A stretch of 64,000 bases of DNA from Chiloscyllium plagiosum. Lineage: Eukaryota. The position numbers and the translations under genes are program-made. The stretch covers positions 69,506,059 to 69,570,058 of the forward strand of contig NC_057711.1 in the NCBI RefSeq assembly GCF_004010195.1, in the 5' to 3' direction. Numbering within the stretch: the stretch's first letter is position 1; each line of letters starts with the position of its first letter. Positions 50,799 to 61,766 of this stretch are shown piece by piece. A model generated the notes under the pieces. It had not been told where the DNA came from, made no database searches, and saw only the letters and a program-made list of their open reading frames with translations.

Positions 50799-51248
50799 CC
50801 TTCAGATCCCGGACACTTTATTTCTGAAAGCGATGGAAGAGATCCAGAGCGCCACCAAAGGAGTCTGGCAATCTTCTTGTGGAAGCACTCCCCGATGAAT
50901 CTCTGAACATTATAAGTAAATAGCAGTTTTATACCTTGTTTGAGTAGAATTGATACAAAGGATTCTGACATCACAGGGCGGAAAACAAATCTTGTTAACA
51001 ATATGTGTTTTTCACTCACATGAGCTGGAGATCGCTGCTTTTCCTTCGATAATATAAAACTGTTCACAGAAACTTGTGATTGTACTATTCTCAATCTCAT
51101 GCTAATTGATAAAGGGGCAGCTAATAGGTTTTAGTATCAGTAATGTGGTTAATCTTCATGTTCTCTTGTTAATTGGCAAGGAGGCATATGAATGGAAACA
51201 GGAGGACATTAATGGGATATTTGATCAGGGCTGACAGTCCTATTCAAA

Positions 51249-51369
51249 ATTTGGAGATGCCGGTGTTGGACTGGGGTGTACAAAGCTAAAAATCACACAA
51301 CACCAGGTTTTAGTCCAACAGGTTTAATTGGAAGCACTAGCTTTCGGAGCGTCGCTCCTTCATCAGGTG
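51249..51369 (-). mobile_element. Penelope pLTR fragment inserted in the ERV LTR, with intact hammerhead core
   Basis: Minus strand 51369-51335: cacCTGATGAaggagc-gac-gctccGAAAgcTAgtg. Confidence 0.8.
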
Positions 51370-51644
51370 GTAGCGGAGGGCAAAAAGTGAGTATCTTCGC
51401 TCGGGGCTGGGAGCGAAATACACACGTATGGCTCCAGACGGTTTTGGTGGTTCAGAGGCAGCCAGACCCCTGCTGTGATCTCTGGTCTCTGCCTGCCACT
51501 GTACAGGCATACAGTCGAATACATAGAGAGTCGTTCCAATAGGGGACCTTTAACCCTTGAATTCCCGCGGCCTCCAAGCACTAGGAAAAGCTGGTGAAAC
51601 AGAACATTTTATTTTTCGGGGTTCACAACCTTCATCACCAATAT

Positions 51645-52440
51645 GAATTATGAATTAGTTATGGGGAAAAAGGAGCAAGTAAAAATAAGTGGGTCATTCT
51701 CAGGATTTCAAACTGTTCCTTGGGGAATATTGCAAGGACTGGTCCTGGAGCCAAAGCTGTTCGCAATGTCTGTAAATAACTTGGATGCAAGGACTAATTG
51801 TAATAATTCCAGATTTGCTTATGACATAAAATTAAATAAGAATGTGAGTTGTGAGGAAGATGCAGTGAAACTTCAAGTGAACTTGGACAGGCTAAGTGAA
51901 TGAGCAACAGTGTGACAGATGGAATACGCTAATGTGAATACGTGCAAAGTTAGCCATTTGCAGTGAAAGAACAGAAAGAACATTTCTTCAATAGTCAGTG
52001 TTCACGAATTGCTAATGTGAAAAGGAACCTGGGTATCCTTGTTCATTAATTACGAGAAGCTAGCATTCAGATATAAATATCAATAAGGAAAGAAAATTGT
52101 GGTTTGGCCTTCATTGCGAGGGGATTTAGTGATCAAGTAGAGATTACTTGCTGCAATTATACAAAGCCTTGATGAGAATTCACCTGGAGTGTTATGTACA
52201 ACTTTATCTGCTTATCTAAGCAAAGACATGGCTGTCAATGGAGGGAGTGAAACAGAGGTTTACCAGAAATTTACAAAAATCTTGCAGGGTATAACTGGGT
52301 AGATATAGATATGAGCTTTCCACTGACTGCTGAGTCTAGAAGCAGTGAACATAATCTCAGAATAAGTGGTATGCCATTTTAGGATTTAGACAAGGGAAAA
52401 TTTTTACTCGGAGAATGATTGACTTTCAACAATTGCAACT
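51645..52440 (+). mobile_element. Old CR1 LINE RT region (likely host of the ERV insertion; 5' piece at ~47240-47283)
   Basis: ISGSFSGFQTVPWGILQGLVLEP...SRFAYDIKL...LQVNLDRLSE. The upstream QSQHGFIK block lies just left of the ERV. Confidence 0.8.
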
Positions 52441-52659
52441 ATCTTCCTTAGGTATGAATGCAGGAAGTGAAGGCTTTCGCACTGACTTTAATATTTCCAA
52501 AGTTTCTTGATGGCACGCCCAGATAACCTTGCTTCCACAGATGCTGCCAGACCTGCTGAACTTTTCCAGTAGTTTCTGTTTTTGTTTCTGATTTACAGCA
52601 TCTGCAGTTCTTTCGGCTCTTAATATTCACTCTCACTTTAATTCTGAAATCTGCTGTTT

Positions 52660-53150
52660 TGTCCAAGTTTGAATCAAAGCAGTCTGGATCTGAGTGGTCC
52701 TAGAGAAACCTAATATGGATATCAGTAAGCAGGTTATTAGAGACTAAATGCCATTTGATAGCACTATTTATTACGCTTTCCATTCCATTGCTGATGGTTG
52801 TTGGGAGATTAATGACAATTTGTTATTTTTTTATTGACAGGACGTTCCTGGGATATTTTCCATGTTGTTGGATTGATGCCTTTATTGTAAATGTACTGGA
52901 ATAGCTTTGTTAAAAACATGTTAATTTTCGAGCATAGGTCTTCAGCATTACACCAAGAATGCCACTGGAGCCCATACCCTTTGCTATACCTAATGAATTT
53001 AGTGGACTGATCTGGCAAAATGAGTTTCAACCTAAATGAAATGAATGGAAAAGGTTAAACACATTGAAAATCTTGAAATAAGTCATCAGAGTGAGATAGT
53101 ATTTATTCAGGTCATCTGATTAAGATCAGCGAGCAAGTTTGAGAAGCATC
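52660..53150 (-). mobile_element. Degraded L2/CR1-group LINE fragment
   Basis: LTKLFQYIYNKGINPTTWKI linker motif on the minus strand. Confidence 0.6.
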
Positions 53151-54096
53151 ATTAGTGATATTTATCACCCACTACTGTCCCTCCAACTACTATCTTTCCA
53201 TTCTGTCTAGTACCTATTGCTTTTTACCTTCAGCTAATGTTTGATCTATTTTCAAGTTGTCCGCTGGATCAATGATCAAATACTGGATTGTACTTTGAAT
53301 CCAGTTCTGGTAGCCCATCCAACAAGAGATACATTCTACTGCTGGAGGTTGTACAGAGAAGAGGCATGACTGGGATACTTTCCATGTTGTTGGATTGATG
53401 CCTTTATTGTAAATGTACTGGAATAGCTTAGTTAAAAACATGTTAATTTTAGAGCATAGGTTTTCAGCATTACACCCAGATGGACTGATGGCAATTCCAA
53501 ATTATGAGGAATTTGAGATTTGTCAGCCTGCAAAAGTTATGCAAATGCAAAATTAGTTTAGACATGTTCTTTTCTTAAAATATGAGGAAATAACAATGGA
53601 AATCCAAACTAATAATAGACAAGTTTAGAAATGAGAGCATTTTTTCCTTCATGCAACAAGTGATGAATATTTAAAATGAATTTAAATATTAAACTTTAAG
53701 TAGGCAAAGTGGTAAAGGGAAACTGTATAAACATTTAAAATTGGGAAACTAGTTGTGCAGAATGGCCTACTTCCACACTCCAGGGATTCTATGAGAATGT
53801 TGCTTTGAGTGCACAGAGCTTAAAGTGGGAGTTAAGTCAGTGAGAGGAAGATTGATAAAGAAGGAAATCCTTTTGATTTTTTTTCAGCAGTTTACAGCCT
53901 CCAGCAACTGGCTCTTACTTTTGGTAAAGAGGAAGCTGTTAATTGGTGAATAACTGGTAAATGATTCTAATTGTTATGATTGCAATAAATCGTTTTTCAA
54001 GTTATGGTGTGGAAGGTCACCTTGGCCAAGTTGAATGTACAGTTTGTGGGAATTCATGAATGCACCATGTGTCAAGGCAAATGTATCTACTGGAAG

Positions 54097-54256
54097 TATA
54101 AACTGAAAGGACTACGGATGCTGTAAATCAGAAAAAAACAGAAGGTGGTGGAAAAGCTCAGAAGGTCTGGCAGCATCTGTGAAGAGAAATCAATGGAAGG
54201 GTCACTGGATTGAAAATGTCAGAGCTGCTAAGCTTTTCAAGCACCTTCTGTTTTTA
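54097..54256. mobile_element. Foldback Penelope-type mini-element with 13-bp TSD
   Basis: TSD tatctac(t/a)ggaag at 54084-54096 and 54257-54269; inverted arms aaaaacagaaggtg/caccttctgttttt. Confidence 0.7.
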
Positions 54257-55056
54257 TATCTACAGGAAGGGTCACCAGCTACACAAGTTTAACTCTGGAA
54301 TTCAGAATCCAAGCAGTGCTGGAGTCAGAGTGCTGTCTCCACACAAGAATGACATGAATAGAACATTTAGGGAAGTGGTCATGTCATAGGTGAGGAGTGT
54401 ATAAGCAGAGAGGGAATAGATCATTGCCAACTAGTCTAAGGCAAGCAAGCAGGCAGGCAGTGCCAGAATCCATGAGTCTATCTTGCTTGCTAATTGATTT
54501 TCTTTTTTGATACTGGTGACAGAGATGGTTCCTCAGGGCAATGCAGACAGTGCCAAGTTTGTAGCAACGTGAACATCTGTACAGGAGGGAAGGACAATGA
54601 ATGGATGAATAACCATAAAGGGAATTCCATTGTCAGGGGATTAAATTGATGTTTCTGCTCAGTAAATGTGACTTCAGGATGATGTGAATAGCTGCAGGAT
54701 ATGCTTCAGGGAAGGGTGGGTATCCAGAGGTTATGGTCAACATTGGTACCAATACCATAAATGGGAAGAGGATTGAAGTGGGGTTTAGGAACAAAATTAC
54801 AAAGCTGGATCTCAAAGCCAGTAATGTTAGGACTACTCCCAGTGCTCTTAGTGAAGACAGAAATAGGATGTTTTACAATTCAATAGGTGGCTGTAAAATT
54901 GATATGGGTAGAGTCACCAAAATTCTCAGATGTAAAGTTCTATTGAGAAATTCTAAAGGGACTTGCTGGTACTGCTGAGAAGGGCCTAAACAAATTTGTT
55001 AGAGGATGGGAACTTGAGAGGTAGCTCAGTTGGGAAAAAGTAAAGCTGCTAGCAAT

Positions 55057-55240
55057 CCCTGCCCTCCCCTTCACTGTTTGATCACGCAGCATTGCCCTTT
55101 GATGTGATGGGCACTGCTTGTCACTGGCCACTTGGGTGTTTCCTTTCTTCCTGGTGGTAGAAATTGAATAAAGATTTATACACCTTGTGTCTTTCACTGT
55201 GTCTCACAGCTGCACACACACAACAAAAAAAGAAAAAAAA
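55057..55240 (+). mobile_element. 184-bp polyadenylated retroposed 3' end with 16-bp TSD
   Basis: AATAAA, short CA run and A-tail. TSD taaagctg(c/a)tagcaat at 55041-55056 and 55241-55256. Confidence 0.75.
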
Positions 55241-56116
55241 TAAAGCTGATAGCAATAGGTAAAAGTGGCCAGTGAAATTATAAAACAAGATAAATGAGAA
55301 TGAGCAATAATTCAGCTTAGAATGTTGAATAGTATCAAAAAATATAAAGTTAAGGGCACTCTAAGTGAATTTACACAGCATTCACAACAAGATTGATGAT
55401 TTAGAGGTACAAATGGAAGAAACTGGGCCTAATTTAATCGTCATTAAGGAAACATGTTGAGCAAATCTAAGTTAGTCTTTATCAACCAATTTCATTCCAT
55501 TTACTACAACCAGCATTAACTGAACCAGCTGCTTTTTGTAAGATATCAGAACTGAAGTTGTATCCTTAATCTGTCATGGTTCCCTGGTATAGGTTCTCAG
55601 TCTCAAGTTCTTAAACAAGCTTAAGGGTTGGAGCACTGAGCGAATTTTGGTAGACTCCTTCTGCAATCACTGAAACACCCCCGCCAGAATTGACCTCCAT
55701 TACAACCCAGTGACCATTTAACCAGATGTTTATCATGATTGGTCCTGATTTGGATGTTGCTAACCAATTTCACTGTTCCAATACAGATGAGCGTGGACCT
55801 TCCAGAGAGTGCATTCTCCTGGATACCAGCCTATGAGTTCTCTTACTCAATAGAAGTCTAATGGGACTCTATTGCTATCTTGAGTCCACATACCGGCAGC
55901 AACTCAATGGCATGCCAGCTGGATCCTGAAGAAAATTTTAATTGTTTTACCAAGGCTTGGCTTTGTTTTGGGGTTTCACTGTGTGCTGACCTAGAGCCCC
56001 TCTGTTCAGGATATATCCTGAGTGAGGCTATGTAATTGCCTTTACTCAGGTGGTGTTCTCCAAGCTCAGTCAGACTGGCGAGGGTATCCACTTCCATTGG
56101 AATAGCCTGCAACTCA

Positions 56117-57712
56117 TATGGAACAATACAGCGCAGAACAGGCCCTTCAGTCCTCAATATTGCACTGACCTGTGAACTAATCTAAGCTCATCCCCTACAC
56201 TATCCCATTACCATCCATGTACTTATGCAAGGATTGTTTAAATCTCCCTCATGTGGCTGAGAAAACTACATTGGCAAGCAGGGTATTCCATGTCCTTACC
56301 ACTCTCTGAGTGAAGAACCTGCCTCTGACATCTGTCTTAAATCTATCACCCCTTAATTTATAGTTATGCCCCCTCGTACAAGCTGACATCATCATCCTCG
56401 GAAAAAGACTTCCACTGTCTACCCTATCTAATCCTCTGATCATCTTGTATGTTTCTATCAAATCAACTCTTAGCCTTCTTCTTTCCAATGAGAACATACC
56501 CACGTCTCTCAGCCTTTCCTCATAAGAGCTTCCCTCCAGACCAGGTAACATCCTGGTAAATCTCCTCTGCACTTTTTCCAATGCTTCCACATCCTTCCTG
56601 TAATGGGGCGACCAGGACTGTACACAATATTCCAAGTGAGGCCGCACTAGCATTTTGTACAGTTGCAGCATGACATTATGGCTCCGGAACTCAATCTCTC
56701 TACCAATAAAACCTAACACACCGTATGCCTTCTTAACAGCACTATCAATCTGGGTGGCAACTTTCAGGGATCTATGTACATGGACTCCAAGATCTCTCTG
56801 CACATCCACACGACCAAGAATCTTTCCATTGACCCAATATTCTGCCTTTCTGTTATTCTTTCCCAAGTGAATCACTTCACATTTAATGCATTGAACTCCA
56901 TTTGTCATCTCTCAGCCCAAGTCTGCAGTTTATCCCAGTTCCCCTGCAACCTGTAACATTCTTCCACTACTCCACTGACTTTAGTGTTTTCTGCAAACTT
57001 ACTGACACATCCACCTATGCCTGTGTCTAAGTCATTTATAAAAATGACAAACAGCAGTGGTCCCAAAACAGATCCTTTTGGCACACCACTCGTAACTGGA
57101 CTCCAGATTGAATATTTTCCATCAACCACCACTCGCTGCCTTCTTTCGGAAAGCCAGTTCCTAATCCAAACAGTTTCTAATCTAAATCACCCTCAATCTC
57201 ATGCCTCTGCATTTTTTCCAACACCTACCATGTTGAACCTTATTAAAGGCTTTACTGAAGTCCATGTACACCACATCAACTGCCCTACCCACATCCACAT
57301 GCTTGGTCACCTTCTCAAAAAACTCAGTGAGGTTTGTGAGACCTTGACGAAACCATGTTGACTATCTGAAACCAAATTGTTGCGTGCTAGATGATTATAA
57401 ATCCTATCTCTTATAATCCTTTCCAAAACTTTTCCTACAACAGAAATAAGGCTCACTGGTCTATAATTACCTGGGTCATCTCTACTGCCCTTCTTGAACA
57501 TGGGCACATTGGCAATCCTCCAATCCTGTGGTACTAAACCTGTAGACAATGACGACTCAAAGATCAAAACCAAAGGCTCTGCCACCTCCTCCGTAGCTTC
57601 CCAGAGAATCCTTGGATAAATCCCATCTGGCCCAGGGGACTTGTCTACTTGCACTTCTTCTAGAATTGATAACACCTCTTCCCTACTAACCTCGATCCTT
57701 TCTAGTCTAATA
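56117..57712 (-). mobile_element. Young CR1 LINE (RT domain to 3' end)
   Basis: KSPGPDGIYPRIL, NYRPVSL, SQHGFVK, SGVPKGSVLGPLLFVIFINDL and VRPHLEYCVQSWSP motifs. Confidence 0.95.
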
Positions 57713-57714
57713 TT

Positions 57715-57980
57715 AGGGTGGAAGCTGCAGAGCAGGATGAACAGAGTAGTGTTCTCGGGAAATGACATCACCATGGAAATTACATCACCACAAGAAATGG
57801 CATCACCACAGGAAATGACATCACTAGCCCAAACATATAAATAGAAAGCATGAATCATCAGCAGTGCTTTGCCCAGAGGCCCACTGAAGGTGTAACCTAA
57901 TAGGGTGATGAAACATCTGGAAATGAACCTTCCAGCTCAGTGAGCAAACCTACATCCAGAGCCTCAACCTGAGCTACAAA
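57715..57980 (+). mobile_element. Penelope-type pLTR with four ~18-bp tandem repeats and degenerate hammerhead
   Basis: (ggaaatgacatcaccaca)-like repeats at ~57758-57826. cactgaaggtgtaacctaatagggtgatgaaacatctg and the end gagctacaaatcttctc resemble the pLTR of 23063-25772. Confidence 0.7.
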
Positions 57981-58077
57981 TCTTCTCAAAACTTGCTAAG
58001 AGACACTGAGCTCAGAACAATAACTTTTTTTTCCACAGCTGCCAAACCTTTTGGGTTTCTCCAACACTTCCTGTTTT

Positions 58078-58505
58078 TGTGAGTAACTTACCTCCTGACT
58101 CTTCAAAAGGCCTGTCCATTTTCTGCAAGATATAAGTCAGAAGAGGGATGAAATAGTCTCACCTTAGGTGGATAAGTTCAGCTTCAACAGCATGACCATC
58201 TAAGGCAAAGTAACCTGCTCAATTGGCATTTCCCCACCACTGATGCACAATGGCAGCAGTGTGCACCATCTATACGTTGCACTGCAACAACTCACTACAG
58301 GTCATTCAAAGGTATATTCTAAATTTGTGACCTCTACCACCTAAAAGGACAAGGAAGTAAAAGTGTGGAAGCACTGAAAATTCAGAACTCCCTTCCAAAC
58401 CAGACTTCCTGAGGCTGCAGTCATTCAAGAAGGGGCTTACTGTCACGTCTTAATAGCAATACATGGTGGCCTAGTCAGTGACAGACATCATGTGAATGAA
58501 TAAAT
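58078..58505 (+). mobile_element. L2/CR1-group LINE 3' fragment
   Basis: Homologous, in the opposite orientation, to 45204-45760 (gagtaacttacctcctgactc...; gtgaatgaataaa end). Confidence 0.65.
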
Positions 58506-60274
58506 ATAACAAGTTTTTTAAGCTTACATGGGAATTCTCTCCAACTAATATTTTTAGCATTCCTACTCCTAGTTGTGACCTTGTGAGGTTTTGTCATGTT
58601 TAAGAGAAACTGGTTTCTCTGGAGGACATCACAATTTAGTAAGACAAATTTGACTAAACTTTATCCATCTACTGTTTCAACTAGTGTCCCTTCCAAAGAT
58701 CGCCTCTAAAGATAAATGAACAGTGGGAGCAATTAAAGTAAGAAAAAACCTGCAGATTGGCTGACATGATTTAAGTTTTCTACTGAAGTTGTTTGTCATT
58801 TTGTCTCTTATAGTCTCTATCAGAATTGACTGAAAGAGTAAACATAAATCATTATCCTAATTTATTTCACCACAGCGTAACCCACGAGTCAAGAAATTGG
58901 TTTTTACTGACTTTAGGGACCTAAGTAGTCAGCATCAACTTTTTTTCAACTAAGGATCAATATAATTAGTAACACTGTCCAAAATCATATTTTGCACCGG
59001 TGAGCAAATTGGCTGCTGAAAATGACAAATATCCACATTAGTTATAAGTGATAATTGAGCACAAAGATAGCAAACTTCGGCTAATAATGGAACCAGCTAA
59101 GTTTTTGTAAGTCCTTGTAAATTTTAAGACCATCATATTTTTGTAACTGAAAGCAACCCATTTGCAAAACTAATTGCTTACAGAAACTTTATGCAGACTA
59201 GGTAAAACCAAAGGAAAAAAGCAGTAATCTAAATATGTCATTATCACTGTTTATTTAAAGTAGCTATTTTTTATAAAGTATAGATAAGATGTAAGTTGCC
59301 CCGGAGGAATATTCAAGTCTATTTACTTTATTTTCTCAGAGTATATTAGTGTCTAGAGATATTAGTTTTTTTGAAAGTGAAGTTAAACTGATAAATTAGA
59401 CCTCATTTATTGAACAGGAGTTAGAACCAATTGTCGAGGGAGTCATTTGACATCTTTGAACATCCTGCTAACTTAATTGGTGATAGTTTGGGGTTGGAGG
59501 AAACATTTAAGCATATAACAGCACTCTGCAACATGAAAATGAAAAAAGCAAGCTTTTGCTCTCTGACAAGGGAAGTCATATATAGATTTTTGTGTCCATT
59601 GTTTTGGCTTATTTGTGTGTGCTTTACTCAGTCAATCAAATATAATTGACACCACTGGGTTCTACAGTTTTGTGGATGACAGGAGTTAATGCAAGGAAAA
59701 AGCTGCAAGTAAACTTCTCTGTGGAAGCTGTGAAAAGGTTCTTGCCAGGGCTGTGACATCTTTTCTCAACTGCATTAATCGACAAAGTAGTAGGCTCTCA
59801 GCATTGTGATTGATACTGGTCACTTCAGCCTTTTAAACCAGTAAAAATACCTCCAGAATAATGGCATATGTCAACAGGTACAAGCATTGCACTTTTTAAT
59901 CTAAACAATAGATTAAAAATATAGGGTGGAATTTTGATAGTATGCTGCTTGCATGAATTGGGAACAATTCTTACAGTGGAACACTGGGTAAATTTAGGTT
60001 TCATTTAAAATAAATCAGCTAGCTATGGATCCCTGCAGCCTGGCTGAAAGCAGTCAGGCTAGGGTTCCAAGTTCCCTATAATGACTAGGAGTTTCCTGGA
60101 ACTAGGAATTCCTCCTCCAAGATGATAGGGAAGCTCTGCAGTAATGGCTGACAATCATCATTTGCATATCTGTGGAATTAATTTCCTGAATGAAAACACA
60201 AAGTCCTAGAAATACTCAGAAACAATTTTAACGTTCCAGGCCATTTCTCTCTCTCCACAGATTTCATCACACCA

Positions 60275-60490
60275 TATGTGGAATTAAGAGTCTAATGAAT
60301 CCATTCTCAATTGTCAGAAAAACCCATCTGGTTCCTTAATGACCTTCAGGGAAGGAAGCTGCCATCCTTATTTGGTCTGGCCTACATGTGACTCTAAATC
60401 GACAGCAACGTGGTAGACTTTTAACTGCCCTCAGGGCAATAAATGCTGGCCTAGCCAACAATGCCCTCATCTTGTGAATAAATTAAAACA
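60275..60490 (+). mobile_element. SINE 3' half (family of 6826-7160)
   Basis: aaaacccatctggttc..taatgaccttcagggaagga...gggcaataaatgctggcctagcc. Confidence 0.7.
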
Positions 60491-60759
60491 AAGATTCTGA
60501 TTTTGTTTCAGGTTTTCAACTGTAGTAGTTTGCCTTTTGATTAATTAGTTAAGTTCCACGATAATCACTGATACATGAATAAATAATTCAATGTTACATT
60601 ATCTTGTTAGACTTGACAGTTGGCATTTGTGTATTATCAATAGTTTACCAAATACAACTCAAGTATCATGGATAAAGGTTACTTTCTATTTAATGTTATT
60701 TTCAGACGAACACAATTCTATTGGGTTCCCAAATCAGGATTAGTAAATATTAATAGGAA

Positions 60760-61080
60760 ATGTCACCACTGAAAGTTTGAACAAGTTGGTGCTCTTTTCT
60801 CTAGAAAAGAGAAGACTGAAGGGCCTGATGGAGATCTTTAAGCTTATGAAAAGGATAGAGTTGACATGGAAAAGATCCTTCCACTTGCGGTGGAGGCTAG
60901 ACTATGGTCTCTACTCATAAATCATTTACTCAAATCCAGCAGAGAACTCAGGAGAAATACTTCACCCAGAGAGTAGTTTGAATGGGGAACTTGCTCCCAT
61001 GAGGGATAATTGAGTCAACAAATATGGTTGCATTTAGAGAAAGTTAGACGAACCTATGAGGGAGAAAATAATAGCTGGAA
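60760..61080 (+). mobile_element. Degraded CR1 3' fragment
   Basis: LVLFSLEKRRLKG...FTQRVV..GNLLP-like translation. Confidence 0.65.
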
Positions 61081-61564
61081 ATGAGCCGATAAAGTAGAGC
61101 ACAAATAACGGCATGAATTCCCTGTGTCGGTGTTTAAAATACAATGTAACACTAGTGGATTAATCTCATTTTTAGGTGCTCTGTGACAAACTCTGTGTGT
61201 ACTGTAATCTTAAGTACATTTCTTCTACAGCTTTTATCTTTGTTCTATGGCCCTACCTTTAATCAGTGCAGATAACTTTGATTGACAAAGTTCTCATGAA
61301 ATTTATGAACTGAAGGTCCACAACAGTAAGTTCAATCATGGTTTCACAGAAACGATTGTAGAGAAAAAGGCATCCTGATCATTTTCCTGGACCTGCATTT
61401 TCTTTCATTAGCACCATTGGACAATTTTTATTTAAATATTAAGTATTAGTAGATGAAGAAAACATGAAGGATTTTCTAGTTAGTGAGAATTAGGTGTTTT
61501 TCAGTGAAGTACTGGCTAGGGTAGCTTCTCCAGAGAAATTATAGTTAGATCAGGGCATATAACT

Positions 61565-61766
61565 TACACCGAGTTCCCCCAGTACCCGCGAGGTAAACGT
61601 TCTAAGATCTACCACGGAAGCCCAAAACTGGGGATGGGTGCAAACCTGTTCATTTAAATGTATGTTCCCAGCAGCCTCCTGGTTGCTGGTTCTGGAATGT
61701 TCCCTATAATATGTTCGGGCTACGGTAAGCCATGGGTAACTGAAACTGCGAAAACCGGACCCTGTA
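61565..61766. mobile_element. Probable pogo/Tigger-type MITE remnant
   Basis: CpG-richer 200-bp block with cccccagtacccgcgagg..acgttctaaga and gggtaactgaaactgcg motifs, resembling Tigger-family subterminal sequence from memory; ends ...ctgTA. Confidence 0.4.

Larger units (their letters stand above)
47283..51637 (-). mobile_element. Class I (epsilon-like) endogenous retrovirus, lacking RT/RNase H and recognisable env, with inverted 3' end
   Basis: 5' LTR ~50800-51637(-) with TATAAAA at 50933-50927 and AATAAA near 50822; tRNA-His-like PBS; gag with CCHC; protease FVIDMGA; integrase LQLDF...IDIFSRWIEA...ISSDKGPHF...VERANGTLK. The IN C-terminus, PPT and LTR start are on the + strand at 47283-47791. 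Confidence 0.9.
53800..55460 (+). mobile_element. Degraded CR1 5' region (ORF1 zinc finger plus SGNH-esterase-like remnant, ORF2 start)
   Basis: YPEVMVNIGTNTI (GxND-like block) at ~54720-54760; Cys-containing N-terminus near 54030-54095; ORF2-like start near 55355. Confidence 0.55.

Noticed and set aside
50371..50898. 175-aa plus-strand ORF antisense to the ERV leader
   Set aside because: GTG start, GC-rich leader sequence and no motif; cannot be supported as an accessory gene without family-level conservation.
47661..51637. Inverted repeats read as TIRs of a DNA transposon that captured retroviral genes
   Set aside because: The repeats are LTR starts, one preceded by the IN C-terminus and PPT, and there is no TSD; an inversion explains them better.
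57758..57826. Short repeated units resembling a CRISPR-like array
   Set aside because: Head-to-tail ~18-bp tandem repeats without unique spacers, inside a eukaryotic pLTR.
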